From Aplysia californica (taxonomy: Eukaryota): a DNA stretch of 64,000 nucleotides. The position numbers were made by a program, and so were the translations under genes. Location: assembly GCF_000002075.1 (NCBI RefSeq), contig NW_004797290.1:2260123-2324122 (forward strand), given 5' to 3'. The notes under the pieces were generated by a model. That model did no database searches and was not told the origin of the DNA. It saw nothing but the letters and a program-made list of their open reading frames with translations. Positions within the stretch are counted from its first letter, which is position 1. Every line of letters starts with the position of its first letter. This document shows, piece after piece, positions 25,425 to 38,984 of this stretch.

Positions 25425-28400
25425 TCAAGGCCCATTAGGATCCCTGAAGCGATGGCGGAAGTTGTTTGCTTTGACGCCGAGACGCATGTGGTAGCGTGTC
25501 CGCAGTCGTTGCATGTACTGAACGTCTTTCACCCGTTGTGCAACTTGAGTCCCTGAAACAAAATAATTTTTGCCTTTAGAATATCAAAAAGGCTTGTTCA
25601 TTGTAATAGTTGGCCTCTTACACGCCTAGTCAAAAAACATTTTTTAAATAGAGCTGAGAAAAATTAAAGTATTAAACAGTAACAAAGTTGAAAAGTCAAA
25701 TAAGATTTCAGTCATTGTGGTGAAATCAGGCGCTCGCCAAATGCAATCAAAGAAACTGGTACTTTTCTTACTGTGTAGCAATTTTTATCCATTAAAAATT
25801 TTTTTTCACTCCACACCTTTTATGTCCATGTGAAAACACATTCCTGTATGGATTTTACTGATAAACGTTGATTAAATGCACAGAAGGTGTAAATTTATTG
25901 TTTCCAAGGACTCTCAAGCTTTGGAAGTCACCAAATTTTCATGCAAATTTTATCTTTGACACATGGCGACCCCAACCCCCTTCAATCGCCAATATCTTCA
26001 CTTCTATTAAATATAAATTTATTTTTTTTTCACGACAAATAAACAGGCTTTGAGATGATACTAATAACTCCATATGACCAAAAATGAACGAGCGCTTGAT
26101 TCCACCATGTTCTCTCTCTCACACACACATTATCCCCCCCCCCCCTCCCCCATTGCCAAATCCAGAATAGTCCCAGGTAAATCAAGACCATTTGTAAGCC
26201 TGGGTTTGATAATGATTACAGACATAATGCAATATCGTTTGAATTCCTGTATTACTATTATGCTAATTTTCGCCAAAATGGAAAAGGTCACTTCTGGCTT
26301 TCAGTCCGCACATGTGCAGGCTTCAACACAGATGGCTGCTGGATTGGAAAAACAAGTAAAAGTAAAATAAACCATGCAGTGAGGGCAAGAGGCTACTGTC
26401 AAACAAAGAATCAGACCTGTGGTTCCTGTCCATCCCAGAGCTTTGTAATAAGCCAGCATCTTGGGAAGAACTTTCTTTGTTCCATCTCGTGTGTGGGGAA
26501 CCAAGTTCTGCTGGTAGTATCTCATCAGGGATCTGTGCCCCACCTGTGCACCTTTGTGAAACAATAGAAAACATCCAAAGTCAGCCCATTATGATAATAA
26601 TAACAATTGAAATACTACAATCGTGATAAAAATAAGATAATAATTACAATAATTAAAATAATTAATAAATAACAAAACCTGCAACTTCAAACAAAATCAT
26701 GTTTGCAAGGTACAAGTATGCTGACACTGTAGAAAAAAGATATTTGCACAGTGAGGGAGATGGATCGTTATTGGAAGAAAGAGAGGTGAGATATGTCAAG
26801 GCATTACCAAACAGATGCACTGCACTTTTTTTCAGCAAGTTCTCTCTTCAGTTCACAAATAGGTGTTAATATGGATTTGTATTCACTTAATAAGAAGGTA
26901 CTCCAAACTGCCTTAACACTTAAAATACTTTTGAGGTTAGAAATTCACAAGAACCTATAGGCCAAATTCCAATAGTATGATACATATACATAGAGGACTA
27001 CGGATGGGTTGATATTATTTGGGGAGTGCAAGTAAAAGATCAACTCATCCGTAGAGTCCAACTTAGCCAGGACTACAAAATCAAAGGACATAAAATCCTT
27101 TCCATTGCTTATATTTCAGTTTTAGTACTGCAGTGTGCTGTAAAAATGGCTGCAACAGGGGAGGTTGCCAAACATCGTCAACCATTCAACCATTGCGCAC
27201 TCCCACGTGTGTATGTGTGTGANNNNNNNNNNNNNNNNNNNNNNNNNNNNNNNNNNNNNNNNNNNNNNNNNNNNNNNNNNNNNNNNNNNNNNNNNNNNNN
27301 NNNNNNNNNNNNNNNNNNNNNNNNNNNNNNNNNNNNNNNNNNNNNNNNNNNNNNNNNNNNNNNNNCACTGCAGCAAAACTAACAATAATACCATTTACCA
27401 GCAAAAAACTTGCCCTCTCACTGCAGATGATTATGTTGTACGGTATTTCTGAATATGGCAAAACTATCAACTATCACTTTATACCGTATTCTTTATTCTC
27501 ACAATGCACAATGAAAGTGAACGTAATAGCTCTATTATAAAAGTACGTTAAAAGCATGTACATTTTAAACCTAGCTTTTAACGAGTAAAAAACATGGGAC
27601 TCCGCACTTCAGAAAGTAAACGTTACGCCAAGAGTGTGTTTTCAGCCGAGTACGTTATTCTGAGGTTTTACTGTAGTACTCATTGTCTTGCACTACGCCA
27701 TGCACTTGGGCAAGGAAAGGGAAGCACCAACAGATGTGGAAATTGCACTGTGAAGCCACATGTACCTGCTCCTTGTGCTTCCCTCACCGTTTCAGTGAGG
27801 TACATGTACTAAGTAGGCCAACTGTGCGTTGATCGGCTCTACATGAATGTATTTATACATTTAGTATCACTCATGTTAAAACTGCTGAGAAACATCTGAC
27901 GATATACACTCAAAAAAATTAATTCAGCCATTGCATATATTGCAGCAGGGGTTTTTTAAAAAAGCACTTCAACATCTGAGCATCCATGTTTGAGTTGAAC
28001 TAGACATAACTATTTGAGTTATGTAAAGAAAAGAGGTGCTAGGACTTGAGAAAAAGATCAGCTTAATTAACCAAAGATCAACTCAGGTAAAGCAAGAGGA
28101 GCTGACTGTATCTGTCCTTTCATTACGGAACAGTACTCTGAAAGTAGTTTCGCACACGACACACATATAAACTTTTTTTGGTGTTGCAAAATCTGCCTAC
28201 AATAAGGAGCTGTGAAATTGGGTAACTAAACTGACTTTGAAATGACAAATCTAATGGAGGCTACTTCATTTTGACTAATAATAATAATAGATAGCATTTG
28301 TATAGCGCAAATCCCCGCCCAACAGTAGGCTCTATGCGCTTCACAATCTATACTATTACCCCAGCTGACCTCAGAGCATTCTAAAACAACCTCAACTTCC

Positions 28401-31400
28401 TGGGAAGCATACAGTGCAAGTGGCCATTCATAGGCGCTAAAACACTAACATACTGACAAGATCTTTCGTTGTCCATGGCCGGGTACCCATTCCCACCTGG
28501 GTGAAGTGAGGGAAATCCGTGTAAATAGCCTTACCCAAGGACACAACGTCCGGCCCCTGACGGGATTCAAACCCACAACCTTACGGTTGTGAGTCCGAGA
28601 GCCTAACCACTAGACCACCGACTAAAGAGAGAAATTAAGGAAGTTAAGCATAGCACAAATTTACCAGCAGCAATTAAGGTAAAACAATATTAACACTGGA
28701 ACTGGAGCTCGACAGTTACGCCAGGCCACCCGCATCCAAAATCATGTTCAAATAGCTTACCAGACGGAAGAGTAAGGGAGAAACCGTCAGTTTCAAGTTC
28801 TTCAGGGTTGATCACTTCATCTGGATTTGTCTCCGGATCTGCCCCATCAGGGTAACTTGGTCTGAAGGAATCAAACATTGACACTGTAGCCACAAAGAAA
28901 TCTCTTAAAGTAAAAGAAAACTGAAAGAGATCCACAGACCTACACTGCAATTGATGCTAAGCACACACAATTTTTTAACCCTTGAAAGAAGCACTGCCTC
29001 TCAATATAGCACATTAAATTTTAAACTTCACAAATCAAAATGTGCAGAAATTTGGGAGCAAATCTGAGCACAGACCGGTGCAGGTTATAATTTTTCTCAA
29101 TCTTATCTTCTAGGAAGGCTTCCTCTGAGCCTAAAACCCTTACAAGGACTCTCATTCTTCATTATCTCCTATTCCAAGTTTGCAAAGGAGAAAAGTCAAC
29201 TAAAACAAACAAAAATGGCACTTACGTGTAATCATAAAAGTCTGCATACTCAAACACCACATTGCCATCATGGAGCATTTTACAATGACCTTTATCCACC
29301 ATGTGTCTCTGAACATCTTTCGTGTTGTGAAACCGTTTACCCTTATCATTGCACCAAAGACACACTTTTCCAGCACCAACTTTTTCTCCTAAAATAAACA
29401 AAAAATATTTTTTAAAATGAGCATGTCACTTTAATTTGGCTTTGGGTGGAATTACTTGAGTAAAATGAGTCACAGGAAGAAATGAGTAAAATAAATCACA
29501 TAGAAAGATTAGCTTAATCCAGTTCAGTGAAAAACAACACAATCACAAAACTTAGCTAGAAATAGTTTCACAAGAAGTATGAACATCAACTGCAACTCTT
29601 CATAAAATAAGTCAATAAAAAGAGTGTATAGAACGAGAAAAAGCTAATGAAAAAAAACAACAAAACAACTTTTTCATTATTTTTTCAGTACCAGCATCTA
29701 ATAAAATGAACCTATTGATCTAATACATGCACTACAAAAGGAAGCACAACTTTAATGCCTTTTTCAAATCTGATTAATATTAAGTTATATTACAAAAAAT
29801 TTAACACAGGTAAAAATAATAGGAGTTCAATGACAAAGAAACCAATAATTTTTTTTTTAACACCGAAATTCTATACACATATAATGGTAACCAACAGAAA
29901 ACGGGCTAAAGCAGGCACTGCATAATTCAGCAAACAACATTACCGAGGTACGTGATGAGACCTTCCAAGTCACTGATGTACTCTGCATCCGGCAAGAAGA
30001 AGCCATGAGCAGATGTCATATGGTTCACATTGTTTTCTAGACTGGAACTCAAGAAAGAGCAAAACAAACACTCTTCAATGCCCAGAGTATCTTCCTCATA
30101 GCTGTCCCAGGACTCTGCATCGCAGTCATCATCTGAGAGGGAAGGGAAGAAATATGTCAATACAGTTTGTATATTGAATAGCATCATCATAATAAAGTGT
30201 CAGATTTGAAACAGACATCGGCAATCATGGTTGTCCATTCAATTCTCCACTTGGATACTCGCAGATAAATAAGTTACTCTGGGTCTACTCCTGCCTCATT
30301 TGTCTTCTATTCTTCCAAAGAAAGAAAGATGATCAAAACCTTTATATCATGTGAGCTTCTTTCAGAACAATATATTCTTTAGATTATAACAAAATTGAAA
30401 GGAAGATTTTTACACATTCAATTTTATAACCTACCACGAAGGCCTTGCAGAAGATGTGTTCAACACAAAAGCACATTGCTCACATTCAGTCTACACTAGC
30501 ATGTTTTGATTCAACTCAAAGACCTTAAAACTTTTTTCGAGCGCGACATAGAAGCGCGTAACCACTACACATCACAGACGCCAGTCTTAGAGATCTGCCT
30601 TCCCTTTCACTTGATGAATTCACAGAACCACGACCTTTCTTTAATATGAAGTTGAAAAGTGGAGAGGAGGCAAAACAATGGGCTGATGCATTCTTGACAT
30701 TTTTAAATTCTAACAATTGCCCAACAGGTGAGCCACACTTTACACAATTTTAGATGGCACCACTGACCAGGGAAGTTAATAAAACTGTTAAGAAATTCAT
30801 GAAAATGATCCTTAACGCCTTATGGCAAAAGTATCTTAAAATTTTAAAAACCATTCTCATGAGAACTTGATGGAGGGAAGCAAATGATTTTTTTAAAAGG
30901 GAGAAGGTTCACACTCATAATTATGCGTACAACACTACAAATTTATGAGAAATAAAAGTGCATTTCAGTAAGGCTTGGAAACAATTAAAAGAATAAAAGC
31001 TGTTAACAAGACCATTTTCACAGCCATTACTGAACAAATAAGTCAAAAATTAAAACTTTTTTTTCACAAATATATTCTATCACGGCATCCTAATGAAGTA
31101 CACAAGTTCTGAGTGCTTTATAAGAGATGGATGGTTTGAAGCGCTAACTTAAAGACTTTCATTGTGATACAGAANNNNNNNNNNNNNNNNNNNNNNNNNN
31201 NNNNNNNNNNNNNNNNNNNNNNNNNNNNNNNNNNNNNNNNNNNNNNNNNNNNNNNNNNNNNNNNNNNNNNNNNNNNNNNNNNNNNNNNNNNNNNNNNNNN
31301 NNNNNNNNNNNNNNNNNNNNNNNNNNNNNNNNNNNNNNNNNNNNNNNNNNNNNNNNNNNNNNNNNCCTCACCTCCTTCAGACATAGCTTCTTCTACTGGT

Positions 31401-32274
31401 GGCTCAGGTTTCACCTGGCCTTGCTGTTTCGTTGCCTGCTGCTTTCCACCACGCTTGGATTTTCTTTTCTTATTATCCTCTTTTCCAGAGAGTACATCTT
31501 TGTGTTTCTTCGATTGAATGTGGTTTTCATATGCATTTGAAGTACTGAAGACTTTGTTGCAAGGTTTGCAAAAGCAAGTCTCTTGAGAACTTGCACTCTC
31601 TTGTTCCTGCCATTTAAAGTGGGAAAGGGATATAAAAAGGTTTTTAAAAGGTCAAATTACACATAGTGCTGCAAAGAACCTACGATTAAAGGATAAAATT
31701 CCAGTCTCAATTTAATTGCACATAAAGAAACTCTATAAAGATCCAAAAGAGAGATACAAAAAGACATTTTTGTCACCCTCATTCATTGTGAAATAAGTTT
31801 TTCAGTGATGTTTGCATTTTTTAAAATTCAAATAATAACACTATATCATATAATATTCTCAAACTACAAACAAAAACATGCCATTGCCAGGCAGCTATTA
31901 ATTCTATTCAACTACCTTGTTCAAGGACAAATCATGGTGCCTCCTCATAAAAAAGGTGGCCAGGTTTGACAAAAAGCATTAGTTTTTAAGTATTGAATGC
32001 ACTCATGTAACGTCTGCAGTTTCGAGCATAGTAAAACTCTTACCAAGCTATCAAACTAAGTATTAAACCAGTCAGTGATTCCAAGTGGAATAATTAGGTC
32101 TACCTGTTTTTCCTGAAGAGACAAACGTTCCTGGAACTTTTCCAGTGTCACTGGAACAAAGTTAGCCACTTTTCTCTTCAGATTATAACGGTGCCAGTCC
32201 GTTTTGTAGTGCAGTCGCCCCAGATCAACATCATCAAATCCAACATTGCATGCTAAACAAGTTATTGACGACAT
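25425..32274 (-). CDS. ZNF622: Zinc finger protein 622 (Rei1/Reh1 homolog, late 60S maturation factor), 373 aa, 7 coding exons
   Basis: Minus-strand exons 32274-32104, 31606-31372, 30132-29944, 29388-29226, 28861-28761, 26551-26417, 25552-25425 (1122 nt, all phases compatible). Motifs: TCLACNVGF..HYKTDWHRYNLKRKVA; CKPCNKVF..ENHIQSKKH; CLFC..HMTSAHGFFLPDAEYISDLEGLITYLGEKV; CLWC..HMVDKGHCKM..EYADFYDY; LTLPSGAQVGHRSLMRYYQQ; MRLGVKANN. An extra exon could be hidden in the N gaps. Confidence 0.93.
28276..28623 (-). mobile_element. Near full-length tRNA SINE with CORE-like middle and L2-type tail
   Basis: Minus strand: head GGTGGTCTAGTGGTTAGG (A box) ... GGTTTGAATCCC (B box), then TGTGTCCTTGGGTAAGGCTATTTAC...CTCACTTCACCCAGGTG..AATGGGTACC, ending GTGAAGCGCATAGAG...GCGCTATACAAATG(TAT)n. 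A lone tail of the same type is at about 7157-7230. Confidence 0.85.
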
Positions 32275-34533
32275 CTTGACCCTTGACAAGTGGATCAAAA
32301 TCTTTCTGAAAGTAAATTGTGACAAGGTACACATTATATAAAATGTTGTAGCTATTTATCTTGATTAAAATAATTAGCCCTGTGAACAATTGAAAAAGAA
32401 CATTTTAAAATGTGCTCTACAATACTTTTGTTTTAAATTGACTATTGAAAGAAAATAATTGATAAAATATACAATTCACTAGAAAAGTCAATAACAGTAA
32501 AACTTCTAGGTTGTTTTTTTTGGAAGTAAGAATGAAGCCCGATCCATTTGATATGGAAACAATTCAATAAGTACCAATTAATTTCATTTAAAGAACAGAA
32601 GTTAAGGCCCTATCTTTATTTTAAAAATAAAGAATTGGCAAAAAATTGTCAAGTTTGTAATCAATGAGAAGTAATGGAAATATGCTTTTTATTCTTAACA
32701 TCATTAGACTGTTAGATTCTGATCTGTTGAAATTCTTGTTATATTATGACTTCTATCAAATTAATCCCCCACTCAAAAATTCATTGAGGGACCTAGAACC
32801 CCAAATGTATTACTTCTGCCTTCATTTTAGATAATAAAGGAAATGTTATGAGGTAAGGCTAATCCTATCAGTTCTGTCCCACAGAACTTGTGCACCTAAA
32901 TTCATGTGCTTCCATACTGCGCTGAGGGGTGCATTTGGCACACAGTAGGGTAAAGCTCTGTATTCGTTTCCATCAGGTTATGGAGCTGTATATGAGCTTT
33001 CAGTCCCTTAAACTCACTTGAGCCTATTCTTGTGTATTTACTAAACGCACTGCCGGCCCAGTGGTCTAATCCTGTGTATTTACGGGATGCGCTTCATCAA
33101 TCAATATCTCCTCTGTGTTTTTCAGTGACAAGCTATGGGAAGCAGCAAGCCAGCATTTGACCCACTTATTTCGTTTCGTTAAAAATTTGGTGGTTATGTG
33201 CTATACATTTTGAGTTGTAAATGAACAAAGTCAGTTCCCTCGCATTGTGAAACCTCATGCCAGTAACTTTTTGTGTGACATTGAATTCTTGTATTTTTGC
33301 AATTCAATTTCAACAAACACTGTGGTGCTATCAAGACTGTTGGTCAAGAGAATCTAGCAGACAAGAGAAAATTACGGTTTGCACCCCCATCAACACAAGT
33401 TACATCAATCCAAAAGCAAGCTGCTCCCACCCAGCTGTCAGGGCCTGTCCCATCTCAGTACGATGCACAGCCAAATGACTGAGAAACTTTGGTCCATCTG
33501 CATTTACCTTAAAGCTTACACTTACTCTTTCACAGTTCACAGTCAGTTCAGGGGTTTGGTCTCCAGTCAAAGGGGAGAAAGACAGCCTTCTCAAAAAACC
33601 AGGGGTAAAGAAGGAGTCGTCAGTAATTCTGAAAAAAAATACTGCTCGAATTAGTCCAATGTGTACGAGTTCATGACCAACAGTCAACAGGCACTGGAAT
33701 TCTTTCTGTTCACTGACCGTCTTTGTCAATTAAAAATAATAATAGACCTAACAGACTGCATTAAAAAGTAGCAATCTATCCCATACACAAGAAAGCAGAG
33801 AACGCTTCACATTGACGACATGATTACTGAGAGTTTAACCTCACAAACACAAGAACAAAACAGTTTCAGCCTAATTCAAGAAAGGAAGTGGCTATTCTCA
33901 GCGCGGGTGAGAATAAAAATACGATCCACCTCTCACTGCGGGTGAGACTTGCCAGCGTTGGCTACTCTCACCTGGTGTGAAACAAGACCTTTTTTTCCTT
34001 TTCTAAATACTTTCTATCGGTGTGGGTGATCAAATTGACCAAAAAAATTTTTTTTAATGATGTTGCAGTACAAAAGTAAACTAATTTGGTCATCCACAAA
34101 GATGCTAAGGCTATTCCACTTTTCGAATCGAGCTGAACTATGCCGGTCGCCATTATTATGTTTTGCCTGGAAGTTCTCGCTAGATCTTGGCTACTCCTCT
34201 CTCTCTCTCCCCACATATTTTTCTCCCACCCTCTCTCTTACTGCCCGCAGACAAAATTGCACTTTCAACTAGAGCGCGGAAATGTTTGTTTACACTGGTA
34301 TCACGGTGAACGCACACCAGGTGAGAATACCCCAAAAAGGCAAAAAAGGCTTGCCCTCTCATCCCAGGTGAGACCTAGAACTGCGCCTATTCTCACCCTG
34401 CTTGCTAATACACCCAATTAAGTTAAGAATTCTAGACGTAATTAACTTGTGGCTCCATTTGGCTACACAGATGATGTACAAAATTTAAACTTCATAAGCA
34501 TAACCATCATCCAAAATGTATCATATCGCTGGT

Positions 34534-34773
34534 GGAGTGATGAAACCTCGTAACCCTCAATTTTTTCGAAATAGTTTTTTTGCCTTATATATGTCTTCTC
34601 CCAGTGCTTCTTCACATTGTGTCAAAAGCAGTAGGTTAAATTATAAAGAGAATGTATGAAAAAAAAACTTACAAAAAAACCCTCGTGTGTTTGCCCCTAT
34701 GATATCCTGGCCTGATGAAACCTCGCAACTCTCACCTGGTGCGCCGATCTGCTTTGTGTGGTTTCATCACTCC
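34534..34773. mobile_element. Small MITE-like element
   Basis: Perfect 14-bp inverted repeat GGAGTGATGAAACC / GGTTTCATCACTCC, plus an internal TGATGAAACCTCG copy at about 34713. Confidence 0.45.
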
Positions 34774-35614
34774 CGGTTTTAGAGAGCGACTTGCACGAGG
34801 TTCTGGATAAGCCTTCTTTATGAATTGACTTTTAAATGGAAGCGCTCATAATAGGCATTTTCTAGTGCATTGTATATGCCGGACTTAATAAAGAAATGTT
34901 TCATTCATTTATTCATTCATTCTTTTATTCATCCATTTTATGTCAGACAGTTCAAAAATTCAAATATGATCATAAGTGAAGGAGTTACAATTTGTAAATC
35001 TATTTGAAATCCTGTTATAGGGATGACTAACGCATTGGTAAACAAGATGTTCTAAAGCACAAACGTAGTCAACACTTAATTTTTATAAAGGAAACAATCA
35101 CACCTTGAAAAGACAGGTTGTGACAATAGTCCTTACTAGGAATAAGTGACAAGTCTATGCACTCTCCAGATGTCACCTGGCCTTTTTGTAGAGAAGGTAA
35201 GGTTTCACCCCTTCTCAGACGCGTATTAAAGGCTATTTACTATTCATTACGCAAAAAAGAAAATTTTGAAATTTTTGCATGTAGCCGGTTTGTGAATCCC
35301 ATCGACGATATATTTCTACTGAGTGCGGTTACATCGTTTTAGTTGAGGCAAATCGCAAGTACTAATTCACTCGTTTTTCTCGAAACCGACGCTTTGACAA
35401 AGTGAAACTAGATCATCTCAATTTAGATGTTTTCATAAATTCCTAAATATCTAAACCCTTTCCAAACATTATAACAACAATAAAAAGTACTTTTAGGCCT
35501 TTAATAAATGATGGATCATGATAAAACGAAACAAAACAAGCACCCCATCATAGCCGATATCGGCGACACGTCCGCAAGGGGTGTGGACTCGCACCAATAT
35601 ATATATCGGCGATA

Positions 35615-35935
35615 TAGATCTAGATCTACTATTTTTAAAAAAAAGAAATCTATATGCTGTTTGGCATTCTAGATCTAGAGATATTTAAATCTAAGTCCAG
35701 TATCTAGATATAGATCTAGATCTATCTATCTAGATCTAGACCTTCTCTAGATAGAGATCTAGAACTAGAACTAGATCTAAATCTAAATCTAGACTCTGGA
35801 CATATCTAGAATCGGCGATCTTGTAGTTCCGTTTGTTAAAATCCACGATCCATTTGTTTACACCCAGAGAAGAAATCCAGAGGTCTTTGACTTGATGACC
35901 AAATACTAGATTTAGATCTAGATCTATTTGAAATG
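35615..35935. repeat. Degenerate (AGATCT)n / TCTAGA palindromic array
   Basis: Dense TAGATCTAGATCTA runs read directly. Confidence 0.85.
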
Positions 35936-37018
35936 GTAAATTGGAGCTCTTTTGCGTTGGTGGGTAGATCTAGCTTATTGTGCTCGAGTGCTCAGTGTTG
36001 TGCGTTCACCTCTCTGTCCCTCTGTGTGCGTGTGTGTAAGTGTGTCTTTTCTGCTTGAGTTTGTGTGCGTTTGTGACCTTCTACTTCTAGAACTGCCTGT
36101 GTTGGTTCTACACCAAAGTGTAGGGTAGGCTAAGGCTAGCCTAGATCTAGGCCTACGTCTCATTGAAAACACGCCAAGTTGGTACCGTAGCTCTAGACTA
36201 GAATCTAGATATTTAATAGATATAATGCTCGTCCAATGAAATTAGTTGAGAACAAATGGACCCATTACTATTAGTAGTATTAGACACACATTATGTATTG
36301 CTAAAGTTAAAGAGTGTTGTTTTCAGACTTGACACCGCTTAACTCGATGGCAATTGACAAAAAGTCAATTTTTGTCAATTGCCACTGCGTCACTCGGTGG
36401 CAATTGACGATGCCATTTGAAGAGCAGCCTGGCACGGATGCAACCTCTAAGCATCAAATTAGGATAAAATTCAGGGGGATCCCCCCCCTCCATATTTTTA
36501 TTAGGTTCGGGGGGGCCCCCCCCCCCCCCCCCCCCCCCTACTCTTGACTTTAACGAATGAAACTACAAAATCTCAGAATCAGTGTAGTACAAACAGTATT
36601 TTTATAGAATCTAATAGAAGCACTCCCGTTTAGCGTCACATCCACTACCGGAAGTCAGCTCTTCACCACTTTAGTGCCGTTGGATATACGAATTTAGGTC
36701 AGGTTTTTTTAGTTAAGGTTTAGTTTTAGGATTTTTTTTGGATAATGCATGCTTTTATAGACATTAGGGGGGTTTCAGGGGGTCTCCCCCTGACGTGCGA
36801 GTACGTTATAGCAGTGTAGTAGGTCGGTACGGGGGGGGGTCTGCCCCCCCTGAAATAAAGTGCCGTAACATCTAAACTAACAATTTGCAACGTTTTTCAA
36901 TGCCAAAATCGTGTTCAGGGCCCTAAAAAACCTACAAAATAATACCCTTTATGAGACGGGAGGGTTTCTATAAATTTACCGTACAAGACAAATGGATCGT
37001 GGACTTTAACGAACGGAG

Positions 37019-37152
37019 CTAGATATAGATCTAGATTAGATCTATATCTAGAATCTAATTCTAGATCTAGATTCTCTAGATCTAGATTCAGCTTCTCTAG
37101 ATCTAAATCTAGATCTAGAATCCAGATCTTCTAGATATAGATCTAGATCTAG
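37019..37152. repeat. Degenerate (AGATCT)n palindromic array
   Basis: About 130 bp made almost entirely of TAGATC/TCTAGA variants. Confidence 0.85.
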
Positions 37153-37176
37153 CCTCTCTACAAGATCACCAATCAA

Positions 37177-38585
37177 TAGGGCTGGATTCTGCTCGGTTAA
37201 TCGAAGGCTTGTAAAGCAGCGGAAGTCTTGCGCTAGAGTCTTGCGAGCAGGCTTGTGGTTTGATTTGCCTCCCGCTTGCTACCGGAGTGAACTTCCCGTG
37301 AGTTGTGACTCGAGGACAGTCCTGCTGTACTGTGTCGTGACGTCGCGAACTCTCGTGGCAGTGGGCTCAGTACATATTATAGATTCTCTGGTTATTTGCG
37401 TTGAGAGGCTTGCACCAAAAGTGCAAGATCGGTTGTTGTTTTTTCATAGTTCGGTTGTAAAAAACAAAAAGCTCTATTCAATGCACTTAAAAATTAATAT
37501 TGGATCGGCTATTCTTATGATGTTAAGGCCTGTTTATTTTTAATGTGCACGAGCCAAGCGCTTCATCGTCGCACGCAAGACCTCAGTTCGATTTCCGTAT
37601 GGGGAGAAATTTTACTGAGAACCTCCGTCTTTCTGCTGGGGCGTTGTTCCCTCTCAGCCCAGGTTGGCCCTGACTTTGGGTTGAAGTAGGCCTAGCCCGT
37701 CTCCTAAGCCTAAATGTTCTGTATTATGTCACTGTGAGTCGTGAGTGTAACACATCTACAAAATAGGTTACATACATACGATACAAAAGCCAATCACAAC
37801 GACCCCTGGAGTTCTCCATTCTAGGGTAATCTAAGTCTACTTATTCTTATTATTATCAGAAACCTAGGTCTCTGTTACTACAATACCACGCTCCCTCTCA
37901 CTTATCCATTCGCTTAGCTGATCAACGGCGGGAAGTTAAAAATAACTTCAGCTCTCTACGCCTTGCACCAAAACAATCCCAGCCTCTCCCTTCCTCCACG
38001 GTTCAAAGTTCACACAGCGCACAGTACTGTCTTGCTGTTTGAACACATCGGACTGTCTTGTCGCCATCAAGACGGTCCTACGCCATCGAGCCCGTGCCGC
38101 TCGCTTGGTGTATCGAGACAGTACAAGTCAGCAGGTCAGGTTTGGAGCTTGTCCTGGGGCAAATCTGTAAGCCTAGCGCAAATCAGTACTGTGTGAATTG
38201 TGGGGCCTGTGGCAGCGGACGGACTTGAGGCTTGCGCAGGCCTCGATTAATCGAGTAAACTACAGCGCCACGCCGCGCAGTGACTCTGTGGGCGAGATCT
38301 CTCACTCTCCCCCTCTCTCTTTTTCTGACGTAAGTGGCTTCGCGGATTGCAAGCAGGGTGGGGATGATGAGGGGGCCTGACACGAGTGGCTTCGCGGATT
38401 GCTAGTAAAGTTGCTGTGGACTTGAAGTTTAGACTAGACCAACAAGGAGGTTACAGTTTGCGCTAGACTCAACTTATCATGCTGGTGATTTGATTTGATG
38501 ATTTGACCTACTGATTTGAGGCTTGTGACTTGAACTAGTAGGGGCTTGTGAGCACGAGCGGGTTTGCTACCGGGGTACAGCCCTA
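37177..38585. mobile_element. Non-autonomous hAT element, 1.4 kb
   Basis: Termini TAGGGCTG ... CAGCCCTA flanked by a perfect 8-bp duplication CCAATCAA (37169-37176 and 38586-38593). Confidence 0.85.
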
Positions 38586-38826
38586 CCAATCAATGATTTT
38601 ATTTTGTAATTATCATGTCACAAGCGTGGTGCAATACGACTGGACTACACTGGAACTGGAGTTCTCCTACCCTACAGTCTATACAGTAGGCCTACAATAC
38701 TCTGAATAAGGAATAATACTGAATAGAGATTTTAAAATCAAACAAACAAATAAAACAGCCAGGTCCACTAGGGCAATTACTTACAACACTCTCACATCTA
38801 GGCTAGGCAAGTAAAAAAAAACTCAC

Positions 38827-38984
38827 ACTGGCGGACTGAACCACACACACCATCACACACAAGTGTCCACAAGGCTTGCTCTTCTTCGTAGAAAATATAT
38901 TAGGCCTAGGCCGCTAGGCCTAGTCCCTACTTCCGGTTTTCCTTTTCCTCGCAACTTCCTTTCCTGCTCCAAAATCGAAGAGCA
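38827..38984. promoter_or_regulatory. Putative bidirectional promoter: RPL37A TCT/5'TOP start (+) and candidate non-coding exon 1 of ZNF622 (-)
   Basis: ETS-type ACTTCCGGT at 38929-38937. Polypyrimidine TCT-like starts TTCCTTTTCC (38939) and TTCCTTTCC (38956) just before the RPL37A ATG. Minus-strand donor CAGT|GTGAGT at 38827/38826. The ZNF622 ATG exon opens with a splice acceptor at 32305, so an upstream exon is expected. Confidence 0.6.

Noticed and set aside
27026-27470. ORFs containing long X runs (also near 12167-12421 and 31118-31517)
   Set aside because: They are open only because they cross assembly gaps.
28540-28623. tRNA gene
   Set aside because: It is the head of a SINE that continues into CORE-like and L2-type tail sequence, and the cloverleaf is incomplete.
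36348-36384. 16-bp perfect hairpin TGGCAATTGACAAAAA/TTTTTGTCAATTGCCA
   Set aside because: A third TGGCAATTGAC copy follows, typical of transposon subterminal repeats. There is no evidence of an RNA gene.
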